A stretch of 61,894 nucleotides of DNA, taken from a virus. Lineage: Duplodnaviria > Caudoviricetes. Where the stretch lies: IMG/VR virus record IMGVR_UViG_3300044568_000567, positions 1 to 61,894 of that record; one strand, 5' to 3'. Below, piece after piece: positions 46,516-55,775 of this stretch. A program made the translations under genes and the position numbers. The notes under the pieces were generated by a model. It did not search any database and was not told the origin of the DNA. It saw nothing but the letters and a program-made list of their open reading frames with translations. Position 1 is the first letter of the stretch; the number at the start of each line of letters is the position of its first letter.

Positions 46516-47358
46516 TTATTCTAATTTGTTGTTCCAAGTTACTGGTTTAAATCCCAAATCTGGCATTACGATGTCATCGTAAGGCGCAAGGTGGGAAATG
46601 TTAGTTATCTTTGCTTTTAGCTTTGGACAATCGACGTGTGGGCCTTGGTGTCGATCAACACAATTAAGGCAGACAGGATAGAAGTCAGCGTTCAGTGACT
46701 TGTCAGGATTGTTCATCCATCCATGCTTGCCTTTGACATATCGAGTTGGATCTGGCTGGACATTGTTAGTCTCAAGGTACTCAAAAACATCTTCGTCAGT
46801 CCAATCTTTCAGCAAGTAAAGCGAGACAGGGTTTCCATCGATGTGACGGATATCTTGTAACAACGAAAGTTGACCTTTCATTAGGTCGGTATCTCCACCT
46901 TTAGTTCCAATCCAAACTGCATTCCACGGAAAATTAAATGTTCCAGTTGGACGCATCAAAAAGTCATCTACACCACACATGAATGGTTCATTCACTTTAG
47001 GACGTTCAGTTCCCAAAGACAAAACAATGGAGTTTTGACCCCACTGGAAATAGTGAAGCAAATCAAAGCGAACATCTCCAGTATGGACATCAGGCCCATC
47101 TGCAAGAGTGTGTTTGAAGGCTGGGTATTCATACATTGTCAATTGCCAATCCTTAATTAGTTTGTCTGAATACGCATACCTTTCGCGGAATTTTGGTTGC
47201 CGAAATTGAACCACAGGGATATCAATTCCACACTTAAATTTTAGAAGGTGCAGAAGTACAGTTGAGTCCTTTCCTCCAGACCAAAAGATGACCGCATTGG
47301 GCCATTGTTTGTTCCAACGAACCACTTTATCAATTGTTTTATGTATTAAATTTTTCAT
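46516..47358 (-). CDS. PAPS reductase family (PP-loop) protein
   Basis: WSGGKDSTVLLHL, WIGTK..D, LKDWTDEDVFEYL; TAATG-coupled start at 47358. Confidence 0.85.
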   Translation of the reverse strand: MKNLIHKTIDKVVRWNKQWPNAVIFWSGGKDSTVLLHLLKFKCGIDIPVVQFRQPKFRERYAYSDKLIKDWQLTMYEYPAFKHTLADGPDVHTGDVRFDLLHYFQWGQNSIVLSLGTERPKVNEPFMCGVDDFLMRPTGTFNFPWNAVWIGTKGGDTDLMKGQLSLLQDIRHIDGNPVSLYLLKDWTDEDVFEYLETNNVQPDPTRYVKGKHGWMNNPDKSLNADFYPVCLNCVDRHQGPHVDCPKLKAKITNISHLAPYDDIVMPDLGFKPVTWNNKLE

Positions 47359-48173
47359 TAAACGATAATTGCCGCACCAAGTGCTGCTCCACCAACTGCA
47401 CCACCAGCACTGATCCACGATCCCATTGCGGCATTTTTGCTTTGCGCGTTTTGCGCCATAATTTGGTTTGCCATATTGTTATAATTTTGAGTGTCTGCTA
47501 CGTTTGCGGAATGAGCGGATTGGATATTACCCATCGAGCGGTTAATTGCATCCTGTGCAGTTTGTCCTAGACCCTGTGCGCCAGATAGGACACCACGTTG
47601 CCACTCTTGAAGACTTTGTTGGTTCTGTCCTTTTGCTGCTAGTTGACCTGCAACCAATGAGCCGGGGTCAATGCCTCCCTGCATTTGAGTTGCGTCTAGA
47701 TACTTTTGACGCAGTGCCATATCCTCTAGCGCAATCTGCCTGCCTTGTGCCGTCGATTGATCAAACATTGCAGACCTGCCAATGGTGGATCCCATGTCGA
47801 GTCCAGTTCCCATCATTTGCGCCAGACCTTTTGTCTTTGCCCACTGACCTAGTTTTTGTTGCCAACTCTCTGGAGAGGTTAGATTCTGTACAGTCTCGCT
47901 CATGCCTGACCGCATCTTGGCTAGGGTTGGATCTGCTGATTCTTCAAATTGTCTTGCGCGATTTGCATTTTCAATTCCCAACTCAAAAGCCTGTTGAGAT
48001 ACCTCGCTGGGGTTAAAGTCTTGGTAAATTGGCTTTAGTTGAGTTGCCATTTCGAGCAACCTACCTTGAGAGGCAAGACCACCATACATCCCCTTGTTTG
48101 CCTCGGATGCCATCATCATGTTAAGATCAGGACGAGGTTGTTGAATTTTTGGTGTGTATGTAGATCCTCCCAT
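47358..48173 (-). CDS. Putative ejection protein
   Basis: MGG start, Gln/Ala-rich, C-terminal GxxxG hydrophobic tail. Confidence 0.7.
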   Translation of the reverse strand: MGGSTYTPKIQQPRPDLNMMMASEANKGMYGGLASQGRLLEMATQLKPIYQDFNPSEVSQQAFELGIENANRARQFEESADPTLAKMRSGMSETVQNLTSPESWQQKLGQWAKTKGLAQMMGTGLDMGSTIGRSAMFDQSTAQGRQIALEDMALRQKYLDATQMQGGIDPGSLVAGQLAAKGQNQQSLQEWQRGVLSGAQGLGQTAQDAINRSMGNIQSAHSANVADTQNYNNMANQIMAQNAQSKNAAMGSWISAGGAVGGAALGAAIIV

Positions 48174-48178
48174 ATTAT

Positions 48179-48562
48179 TTAATTAGTGATAGAGTAAATC
48201 TCTCTTTTGATAGGAGTCAACCCTAATTTTTCCATTATTTCGTTTGTAAAGTTAATTCTTTCATCCTTTAATGGCACTCCAATGTACCCCGGTGAATTTG
48301 TTATCTGAGAATAAGTTACCCAATCCGTCATGCATTGAATAACGTCTCTAGGACGAGTAAATTTAGGGTGGAATGCTGGATAAATTGTTGGAATAAAAAC
48401 GTGATCAGAGTATCCAAATAATTCACCATCACGATAATGTGCATACACATTAATATTAGGATGCTCGATAATTTTATGGTCAAAATCTTCAGCGAAATCT
48501 GCTAATTCCAAGAATTCATTTGTTCCTTTTTGGACGAGTTTGTATTGCATTTTTGATCTCAT
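48179..48562 (-). CDS. Hypothetical protein (possible GNAT-like fold)
   Basis: Occupies the podovirus acetyltransferase position; MEKLGLT end motif. Confidence 0.45.
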   Translation of the reverse strand: MRSKMQYKLVQKGTNEFLELADFAEDFDHKIIEHPNINVYAHYRDGELFGYSDHVFIPTIYPAFHPKFTRPRDVIQCMTDWVTYSQITNSPGYIGVPLKDERINFTNEIMEKLGLTPIKREIYSITN

Positions 48563-48567
48563 ATGTA

Positions 48568-48822
48568 TTAATTAAATCCAACTAGAATATCATCTGGGTT
48601 GGCTATAGTTTGTGTATAGTTAGCAAATTTATCCGCTTGCGTTTTCAGAATATTGTTGCGAGTAGAATTACTGCCACAGATGGCGCATGGCAAGCAATTA
48701 TTTTGACTAGTCGTGAATGGGATTGATGAGTAAATTGGAACCACGGGATCATCACCAAATGGGGAGATGAACTTGTTTGGAAAGCTAGTGACCTCTTTGG
48801 TTGCTGTAATGATCGATGGCAT
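48568..48822 (-). CDS. Small Cys-containing virion-region protein
   Basis: TAA-T-ATG start MPSIIT; CLPCAIC. Confidence 0.6.
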   Translation of the reverse strand: MPSIITATKEVTSFPNKFISPFGDDPVVPIYSSIPFTTSQNNCLPCAICGSNSTRNNILKTQADKFANYTQTIANPDDILVGFN

Positions 48823-48823
48823 A

Positions 48824-50962
48824 TTAGCAGGGATTCTGGGCTTTAAATTGTTGTGCAGCGGCAGTTGCGGATTGAAGTGCAAGCACTCCAGCTTCCTCCT
48901 GCGCGTGTTCAAAACTAATATATGACAAGAACGTAGCAGATGCCGTGGCAGAAATTGATTTCGATGGGTTTACATCACAAATCAATGTTGCGGTCTTGAA
49001 TACCTTTGCGCTATATGAGTTATCATTTGCCGATTGTTGCTCGTATGGGTTTGGCAACAGGTCGATTAACAATGTTTCCCCAGTCTGTGCCACAACACAA
49101 GATTGAGTCTCGTCTCCTTGCGGTACACCTGTGGATTTTTCCATGTATGGATCCATGAAGAGTCGAACGATTTCCACTCCGAATTCACCGCACCACTCGA
49201 TTAACAAAGAAAATGCCTTATCTACATCGTCTGTCAGATAAGACTCGCACGTTGAAACAAGTGAATTCCGTTGCGCCGATTCAGTGGTCAACCTTCGATA
49301 CTGGGAGTTAAGGAAACCTAGATTCTGAATCTCTGACTCATACGGAGTATTCTGCCATTGGTAGTCATCCGTGACCGCAAGTATGCGCTTTTGAAGGATT
49401 GGGTTGTATGATCCCTTGCTGCCCCTGTAGGACACTTTTAGGTCAACTGTGCCACCAATCTGCGTTGATTCGATTTCAGCATAGACAAACTTCTTTAGAT
49501 CCATTTCGTCACCAAGCAATGGAGTTTCAAATTGCGAGTAAATCCGATTGTAAAGTGTGGTCGTAGTTTTGTCTGGATTGATCTGAAGGTAAGAATCGAT
49601 TCGTTCTGGTTGGAATGACTCCCAAAGGTGGTTGAATGATCCATCGTTGGTCGCTGCATAGTCTACACTAAAATGAAAGCACCGAGATTGCCCGTCAATG
49701 ACCCCTGTAGTCCATTCTACTGGGCGTGTTCCTGTCCAAACTCCAGCCCATGCTGGAAACCTATTTTCTCCACTACCCCATTCTGATGCCGTTGCATAAT
49801 CTAGCACCATGGTGTCTGAATTTAATGTTTGAAGATATGGAATAGAGTAAAGCAAATAGTTTTCAAATCCCGTGGCACAAATCCTCGTTGGATCCGATGC
49901 CATGAGTCTCTTTGCTCTTGCCATTTCAACGTCCTTAAACAAGACCTGCGAGGACAAGTAGGAGGTTGCTGCAATATCACCTGTCATCAGACCCCCCTGC
50001 GCGTACCACCACATCTGACCCGCTTGAAAAGCAATTGATTTTCCAGCAATGCAACCAACAGTTGGATAAAGCGTAGATTGGAAGTTTTCGGTTGTTACCC
50101 ATTGCTCACGATCAAGGACTCCCGATTTCAATTGGAATGTAGACCGATCCGTAAATACAATCAGACGTGTTGATGTATCTTGACCGACATAGCTTGTCAT
50201 TCCAGTAATCGGACGAGAAAAACTAAAATCTCCACGGGATGTTCCTGTTGTGCGTTCTTTGAAAGAGGTTGGATCACCTAGATCGGATGCAAGCACGATA
50301 TTCTTATCAGCGATCCACATTCTGTTTCCGCTATATGCCATCCAGTATCCTACGGGAATTGTGGAGAGTTGCGTTCCACCCTTGTCTGCACCATCCCAAA
50401 ATGATGGATATGAAATACCATCTTGGATCATCACAATCCGATGTGCAGGAGTAGCAAACTCGTCTGTTCCAGTCGATAGATTTGCGGAGCGTGTGGCAAG
50501 CGCAAACACGAATTGATCAACGTCTGGTGACATCGAGATGTTTTTCAGACGATAATCTTCCCAGTTGCTTGGCTGAACCAAAGGGAATGGCGAGTAGTAG
50601 ACGTTGCCATTCACGGCAAACACCATGTAGGACAATTCGCTTGCAACAACACCACTTCCATCCACGTCGAAGATTTTAGCTGGAGTAGTCGATACTATTC
50701 CATCACGCTCGATTGTGAGTGCCGATTCCTTTTGTTTGTTGGAAGAAAAGAGAATACCACCTTGGAAATTACCAGCGGGAAGGGAGAGTTGCATTTTATG
50801 CCCCGGCCTCGTTTGAACGATGCCACCACGGACATTAACATTTACACCCCACTTGCATTGGTTTTCTGGCAATGACCACGGGTTGCGAACGGAATTAACT
50901 CCTTGCACCCACCCAGTTGAGACTTTTTTTAGTCTTCCTGCTGTAATGTTTTCACTTTTCAT
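48824..50962 (-). CDS. Tail tubular B/nozzle-like protein
   Basis: 712 aa beta-propeller-like; NV.VRGG.VQTRPG start; follows tubular A. Confidence 0.7.
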   Translation of the reverse strand: MKSENITAGRLKKVSTGWVQGVNSVRNPWSLPENQCKWGVNVNVRGGIVQTRPGHKMQLSLPAGNFQGGILFSSNKQKESALTIERDGIVSTTPAKIFDVDGSGVVASELSYMVFAVNGNVYYSPFPLVQPSNWEDYRLKNISMSPDVDQFVFALATRSANLSTGTDEFATPAHRIVMIQDGISYPSFWDGADKGGTQLSTIPVGYWMAYSGNRMWIADKNIVLASDLGDPTSFKERTTGTSRGDFSFSRPITGMTSYVGQDTSTRLIVFTDRSTFQLKSGVLDREQWVTTENFQSTLYPTVGCIAGKSIAFQAGQMWWYAQGGLMTGDIAATSYLSSQVLFKDVEMARAKRLMASDPTRICATGFENYLLYSIPYLQTLNSDTMVLDYATASEWGSGENRFPAWAGVWTGTRPVEWTTGVIDGQSRCFHFSVDYAATNDGSFNHLWESFQPERIDSYLQINPDKTTTTLYNRIYSQFETPLLGDEMDLKKFVYAEIESTQIGGTVDLKVSYRGSKGSYNPILQKRILAVTDDYQWQNTPYESEIQNLGFLNSQYRRLTTESAQRNSLVSTCESYLTDDVDKAFSLLIEWCGEFGVEIVRLFMDPYMEKSTGVPQGDETQSCVVAQTGETLLIDLLPNPYEQQSANDNSYSAKVFKTATLICDVNPSKSISATASATFLSYISFEHAQEEAGVLALQSATAAAQQFKAQNPC

Positions 50963-50964
50963 TA

Positions 50965-53900
50965 CTAAAACATAACTGGATCAGTTCCATCACCATACGT
51001 CAAATCATTAATTTGTGGTGGAACGAATGCGTGACCATCTTGGTGTTCTTGCTGATTTTTCAGATATGCCAAAGCAAATCCCCAGTAACGTAGTGATTGT
51101 TCAGCAAAATCTTTATCTTCCAAGTCGCAAGCGTGAACTCCGCAAATGATTGCGCGTGTATGCTCAATTGGGATGAAGTCGTATTTACTAGTGATAACTG
51201 GAGGTTTTAGCCTATAGGCAATTCTTACCCATGCACATGGTTTGCCAATGCGAATCCTGCGGTACTGCGGATTGACCTCTGTAGGATGGTATTGACCAAT
51301 CAAGGTCAAATCGTTACTGCGTCCATAGTCCATAGCGTAAAGGCTCACAAACCCGTCTGTGAGTGGCTTTTGAATGTTTGCAACACTCTTGACTAAAATT
51401 GCATCCTCGATGGCATCTACGAAGAATCTGCTGTCCGTGGATAGACCACTAGTTAAAAACTCTTTTCTTCCAACAATGCTAGATAGGTTTTGAGATTGTG
51501 CTTTGGTAGCATAAAGTTCAAACTCATCGTTGTTGATGCGACGAATGAAGTATGTCGTTCCTGCAACCAATCCATTCGGAAGAACATCACCAGAATTGGC
51601 TCGTACAGTCACGGATTGACCAGTGGTGTAAAGCGAAGCGTCAGCGACAATGCTTGTGGATGCGGATGCCGTAAAGGTGCGTTGGATATCGAGCGACAAC
51701 TGACCTGTGCCGGGGGTCGTAATCGGAACCAGCGCACCTACAGAGTATACATTAACACTATCTCCTACCACCCTAACTTGGTAGTCCGTTCCAGCAACCA
51801 ACGGCAATGGCATGACTCCACTTGTAGCAAATTTAACAGTCTCATTTTCCTGCAAGAATTGCACAGAGGAAGGTTGGATTAGATTATTGTACGGCAACGG
51901 AGAAACAACGAAGCGTTTAGCAAAATACGATTGTCCAGTTCCAAAAGCAGTAACGCTAATTAATTGAGCAGGGGAAATTGTTGAAGTATAAGCCCGTGCA
52001 ACAGTTCTTGACAAGATTTCTAAATAGGATGGAGTTGTTCCTACGTCAATTGCTGGACTTGTTGTTGGTAATAGATAATCCGTTCCCCAGTAAATTTCGG
52101 AATATGTTGAAAGGTTTGTGAAGTCACCTAACCATTGGTTCGTGAATCCAACCGAAAACGAGCGTGAAAGAACAACATAAAATGATCCTGTTGGAGATGA
52201 TGTTACGTTTATTTTACTAAAGTCAGCATTTTTAACAGTAAAATTTCCTGTTAATGTATTGAGTGGCTTTTCTGCTCTATAAGAAGTTCCAGAAATTAAA
52301 GGAGTTGGCATCAATCCAGTCGAAGAAAATTGTAAAAACACACCAGTTGAGGGTGTTATTAATGCCGTTGGAACGCTTGTGTATCCCGTTCCGCTAGTGA
52401 CAACAGTCAAGGAAGTTACTTTTCCGTTAGCTACAGTTCCCCTTGCTGTAGCACCACTTCCCCCACCACCATTAATTTCAATCTGTGGCTCAACCAAATA
52501 ACCAGACCCCTCATCAACTTTTGTAAATCCAGCTAAAACAGAAGTTTCAATTGTGAAGCTGGCCTCTGCTTGTGTTCCTGCTTTTAAAACAACTTTTATT
52601 GGAACAGATGGATCGTCTGGTATTGCTGGGGAAGTAAATAGAATTGGAGTTCCACCTGCTGGCGATGTTGTTCCATTAGGAACAGCGTATGTGAATGTGT
52701 TTGCGTTTACATAATTTATAACCTTGTTGCCATTGTATCCAACTACCGCAGCACCACTAACGTAAATAGTTTGACCATTTGAAAGTCCGTGATTAATTGT
52801 GGTTTGTGCTGTAGCCAATGTTCCTACACAGGTAAGTCCAGTAATGGTAACCTCATTTCCAATAGGGTTTATCAGTTGGTATGTGAACTTGTTGGAACTA
52901 ATTACTGATACTGTAAAATTTCCATTATATCCAGCAGGATCTGCTCCCGTGATTGTAACCTCGTCTCCAGTACGAAATCCATGACTTCCACTTGTGGTGA
53001 CTGTGACATTTATTAAATTGTCCGTAAAAACATTTGTTACGTTTCTAGGAGTAGCAACTGGTGGAGGGTCAATGGTGATACTTAATGGGCCTGTGCCTGT
53101 GTACCCAAACCCCGGATCGGTTAAAACAATATCGATAAGCTGATAGGAAATGCTATTTCTAATCGCATAACCCGTAGCCTTTTTTGTTGTTATTGTGCTT
53201 CCTATCGGTTTTGGTGGAGGATCAGGGAAAATAATTCCTATAGTACTACTTGTGTAACCTGATCCTTGGTTGGTTACAGTAACAGTTCTAACACCTCCGA
53301 CTACCACGGGCGTGAATTCTGCATCTTGACCACTAGGGTTAGGAATGGAGAGTCCCGGTGCGGTTATTTGACTTGCTTCTCCCGCAACCGCTGATGCTGG
53401 AATTAATTTAACAAGTGAAATTGTGCCAACTCCAGCAGATGTTAACTTAATTGGATTAACAAAATTTGTTGTCGAAGAACCTAATGCGTCCGATTGATTT
53501 GTATGAATTGATACTGATTCCGAATCGATAATGTTTACAAAATAATTTTGGTTTGCCAGCAATGGTGTAGGCAATGTTCCACCAGAAGTAAACGCTTGAA
53601 CTTGGTCACCTTGAACTAGAAGGTGAGGAACATTAAAGTCTAGCTTTGTCTCAGGTACGATTTCCTTTCGGATATCGACGTTGATTGGATTTGTTGATCC
53701 AGTCGTGTGGATTTCGTTGATATTTGCCTGTGCGTCAGAAATAGAACTAAAGACTTGCAGGTGCGTTGCATCTAGCAGATTTCCAAAGTAAGTAACTCCA
53801 GAACGCAAACCAATAGGCAGCATATGTGTTGCTGATATTGCTCCTGTAAGGTCAGTTGTAAATAGAACAGCAGAACCACCAACAGAGGTGCTAACCTGAA

Positions 53901-54951
53901 ATGTGTTTCCAGATCGGTTAATAACATAATATTGAGTGCTAGTATTTAAACCAGACCCGCCAAGCAGTGCTGTAAATTTTATTGCTTGGTTATTTTGCAG
54001 GATATTATCTACGGCAGTAATTGTGTCATTCGATGCAGTGCCTGTAACGGAATAAATTAACGATGATGGGAATGTAAGCGGATTTGCCGTTGTAATTTCG
54101 ATAGTAGGAGCAGACGCGAATTGAAGAGCAGTAACGACAAATGAAGTCCTAGAGTCTAGGAATTTCAATGGCCCTGCTCCTACTATACTTTGGAGGGAAA
54201 TTGGATAATTACCTGCCTGTGCGTTAAGAGAATCGTTGTAGATTTGAATGGTCAATGCATCCAGAACACCAATGTAATAGACCTGCCCATTGGAGAGTGG
54301 GACTGGGATAGTGCCAGAAATCGCCGTAATAGCCATTCCTTGCCCAGAATCAAGCGTGTGAGGGGTTGCGGACACAAACTTGCCAATCGGGGTTACAGCA
54401 ACCTCACGGGTGCGGATAGTGGCATCGTCTGGAGCAATTGTTCCGTAAGCAAAGTCAGATTGCGAATGGATTGGGATTAGAAGACCATCAACGCCCGTTC
54501 CGTCTTTGAGTTGGCTACGCAAATCTCGATTATTAGAATCAGTTCCAGTAAGACGAATGATCTTACCAACGTCATTCTCACTCTCAGCAATGGCAACCAA
54601 CTGCGAGGGTTGGATGATCTGCATCAATGTCGCAACATAGCCTCGGTCATCCCATGCCCACTCAACACTGTTGAATTTACCACCTTTATTGACATGATAT
54701 TGGAATAGACGATTGCGGAAGTAGACTGGGGAACCATCTACATTAACCGCAAGGGGAACGTCTATTCCACGGGGAAGAGCAATAGTACAACCATCCCAAC
54801 CTGTGCAAACATCAACGTCCGCAGTGGATTGCATCCAATGCCCAGATTCCATCAGGGTCTGAACTGCTTGCGTGATTTTGCGGTAAACTCTTTTCTCGTC
54901 AGTAGTTCCTAAAATCTCCGCACATTCCTCAAAGATTTGATCGACAAACAT
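50965..54951 (-). CDS. Tail tubular A/adaptor-like protein with a large repeat insertion
   Basis: Helical N- and C-termini; repeated H.L..G.....G.LP.PL..G..Y.V and V.V...GSGY...P units. Confidence 0.65.
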   Translation of the reverse strand: MFVDQIFEECAEILGTTDEKRVYRKITQAVQTLMESGHWMQSTADVDVCTGWDGCTIALPRGIDVPLAVNVDGSPVYFRNRLFQYHVNKGGKFNSVEWAWDDRGYVATLMQIIQPSQLVAIAESENDVGKIIRLTGTDSNNRDLRSQLKDGTGVDGLLIPIHSQSDFAYGTIAPDDATIRTREVAVTPIGKFVSATPHTLDSGQGMAITAISGTIPVPLSNGQVYYIGVLDALTIQIYNDSLNAQAGNYPISLQSIVGAGPLKFLDSRTSFVVTALQFASAPTIEITTANPLTFPSSLIYSVTGTASNDTITAVDNILQNNQAIKFTALLGGSGLNTSTQYYVINRSGNTFQVSTSVGGSAVLFTTDLTGAISATHMLPIGLRSGVTYFGNLLDATHLQVFSSISDAQANINEIHTTGSTNPINVDIRKEIVPETKLDFNVPHLLVQGDQVQAFTSGGTLPTPLLANQNYFVNIIDSESVSIHTNQSDALGSSTTNFVNPIKLTSAGVGTISLVKLIPASAVAGEASQITAPGLSIPNPSGQDAEFTPVVVGGVRTVTVTNQGSGYTSSTIGIIFPDPPPKPIGSTITTKKATGYAIRNSISYQLIDIVLTDPGFGYTGTGPLSITIDPPPVATPRNVTNVFTDNLINVTVTTSGSHGFRTGDEVTITGADPAGYNGNFTVSVISSNKFTYQLINPIGNEVTITGLTCVGTLATAQTTINHGLSNGQTIYVSGAAVVGYNGNKVINYVNANTFTYAVPNGTTSPAGGTPILFTSPAIPDDPSVPIKVVLKAGTQAEASFTIETSVLAGFTKVDEGSGYLVEPQIEINGGGGSGATARGTVANGKVTSLTVVTSGTGYTSVPTALITPSTGVFLQFSSTGLMPTPLISGTSYRAEKPLNTLTGNFTVKNADFSKINVTSSPTGSFYVVLSRSFSVGFTNQWLGDFTNLSTYSEIYWGTDYLLPTTSPAIDVGTTPSYLEILSRTVARAYTSTISPAQLISVTAFGTGQSYFAKRFVVSPLPYNNLIQPSSVQFLQENETVKFATSGVMPLPLVAGTDYQVRVVGDSVNVYSVGALVPITTPGTGQLSLDIQRTFTASASTSIVADASLYTTGQSVTVRANSGDVLPNGLVAGTTYFIRRINNDEFELYATKAQSQNLSSIVGRKEFLTSGLSTDSRFFVDAIEDAILVKSVANIQKPLTDGFVSLYAMDYGRSNDLTLIGQYHPTEVNPQYRRIRIGKPCAWVRIAYRLKPPVITSKYDFIPIEHTRAIICGVHACDLEDKDFAEQSLRYWGFALAYLKNQQEHQDGHAFVPPQINDLTYGDGTDPVMF

Positions 54952-54960
54952 GACGATAAA

Positions 54961-55278
54961 TTAGCGCATTGATCCCTCGGACGCAATAGAATTCAGAAAA
55001 TCTTCTTCACTTGCCATTGCCGCATTTTCCGCTGCTGGAACTTGTCCTTCAAGCGATTCAGTCATGGCTTTTTGTCCTTCAACGTCCGCTGCAAGAGCAT
55101 CGATAATTCCAGCAAGTTGCATTGCAATTCCGTGGAGTTCGTCAAACTTAGACTTTGCTACAGAGATGGTTACCGCACCCTCTTCTGCCATTGGAGAAGC
55201 GATTCCGCTCATGTCTTCAGGAAGATCCATTCCCATTTCGGGTTCGGGCATTGCTGCCTCAGTTTTTGGTTTTGCCAT
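54961..55278 (-). CDS. Acidic hypothetical protein
   Basis: Tiles the operon. Confidence 0.6.
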   Translation of the reverse strand: MAKPKTEAAMPEPEMGMDLPEDMSGIASPMAEEGAVTISVAKSKFDELHGIAMQLAGIIDALAADVEGQKAMTESLEGQVPAAENAAMASEEDFLNSIASEGSMR

Positions 55279-55281
55279 AAT

Positions 55282-55701
55282 TTAATCTTCCTCTTCTTCC
55301 GCACCGATTTCAATCTCAATTTTAGTTGTTGGTTTCTTTTCGGATTCTGCCTCCTCTAGACCCGAATCGATAGCTTCTTCGTCATCCATCTCATCTTCCA
55401 TTTCCATTTCAGAGGATCCGCTGGATTTAATGCCACAAATACACAACTCAACACAATGACGCTTGGTTTCTTTCCCGTCACGCATTGTAGTCTCATCCTT
55501 CTCCATAGTCTTTCGGAAGTAGATGGTAGCAGTACCCTCTTTAGGAAGGTTTTTAAGACCCTCTGCGTTCTCAAAATAGAGGGATGGGTAATGGTAATCG
55601 CATTTTGGCATTGCCATTTCTGGCATTGACATTGGATTTACTTCCTCACCCAGATCCGTGAATCCAGATGGGAGGTCATATTTTTCTTTAGCGTATGGCA
55701 T
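55282..55701 (-). CDS. Acidic hypothetical protein
   Basis: Likely start MPYAKEK. Confidence 0.6.
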   Translation of the reverse strand: MPYAKEKYDLPSGFTDLGEEVNPMSMPEMAMPKCDYHYPSLYFENAEGLKNLPKEGTATIYFRKTMEKDETTMRDGKETKRHCVELCICGIKSSGSSEMEMEDEMDDEEAIDSGLEEAESEKKPTTKIEIEIGAEEEED

Positions 55702-55775
55702 ATTAATCAAGCGGTTCACACAACAACGGATATTCTGAGTCGCATGGTGGGCAGGGTGTGCAGTAGCTCATAGAT

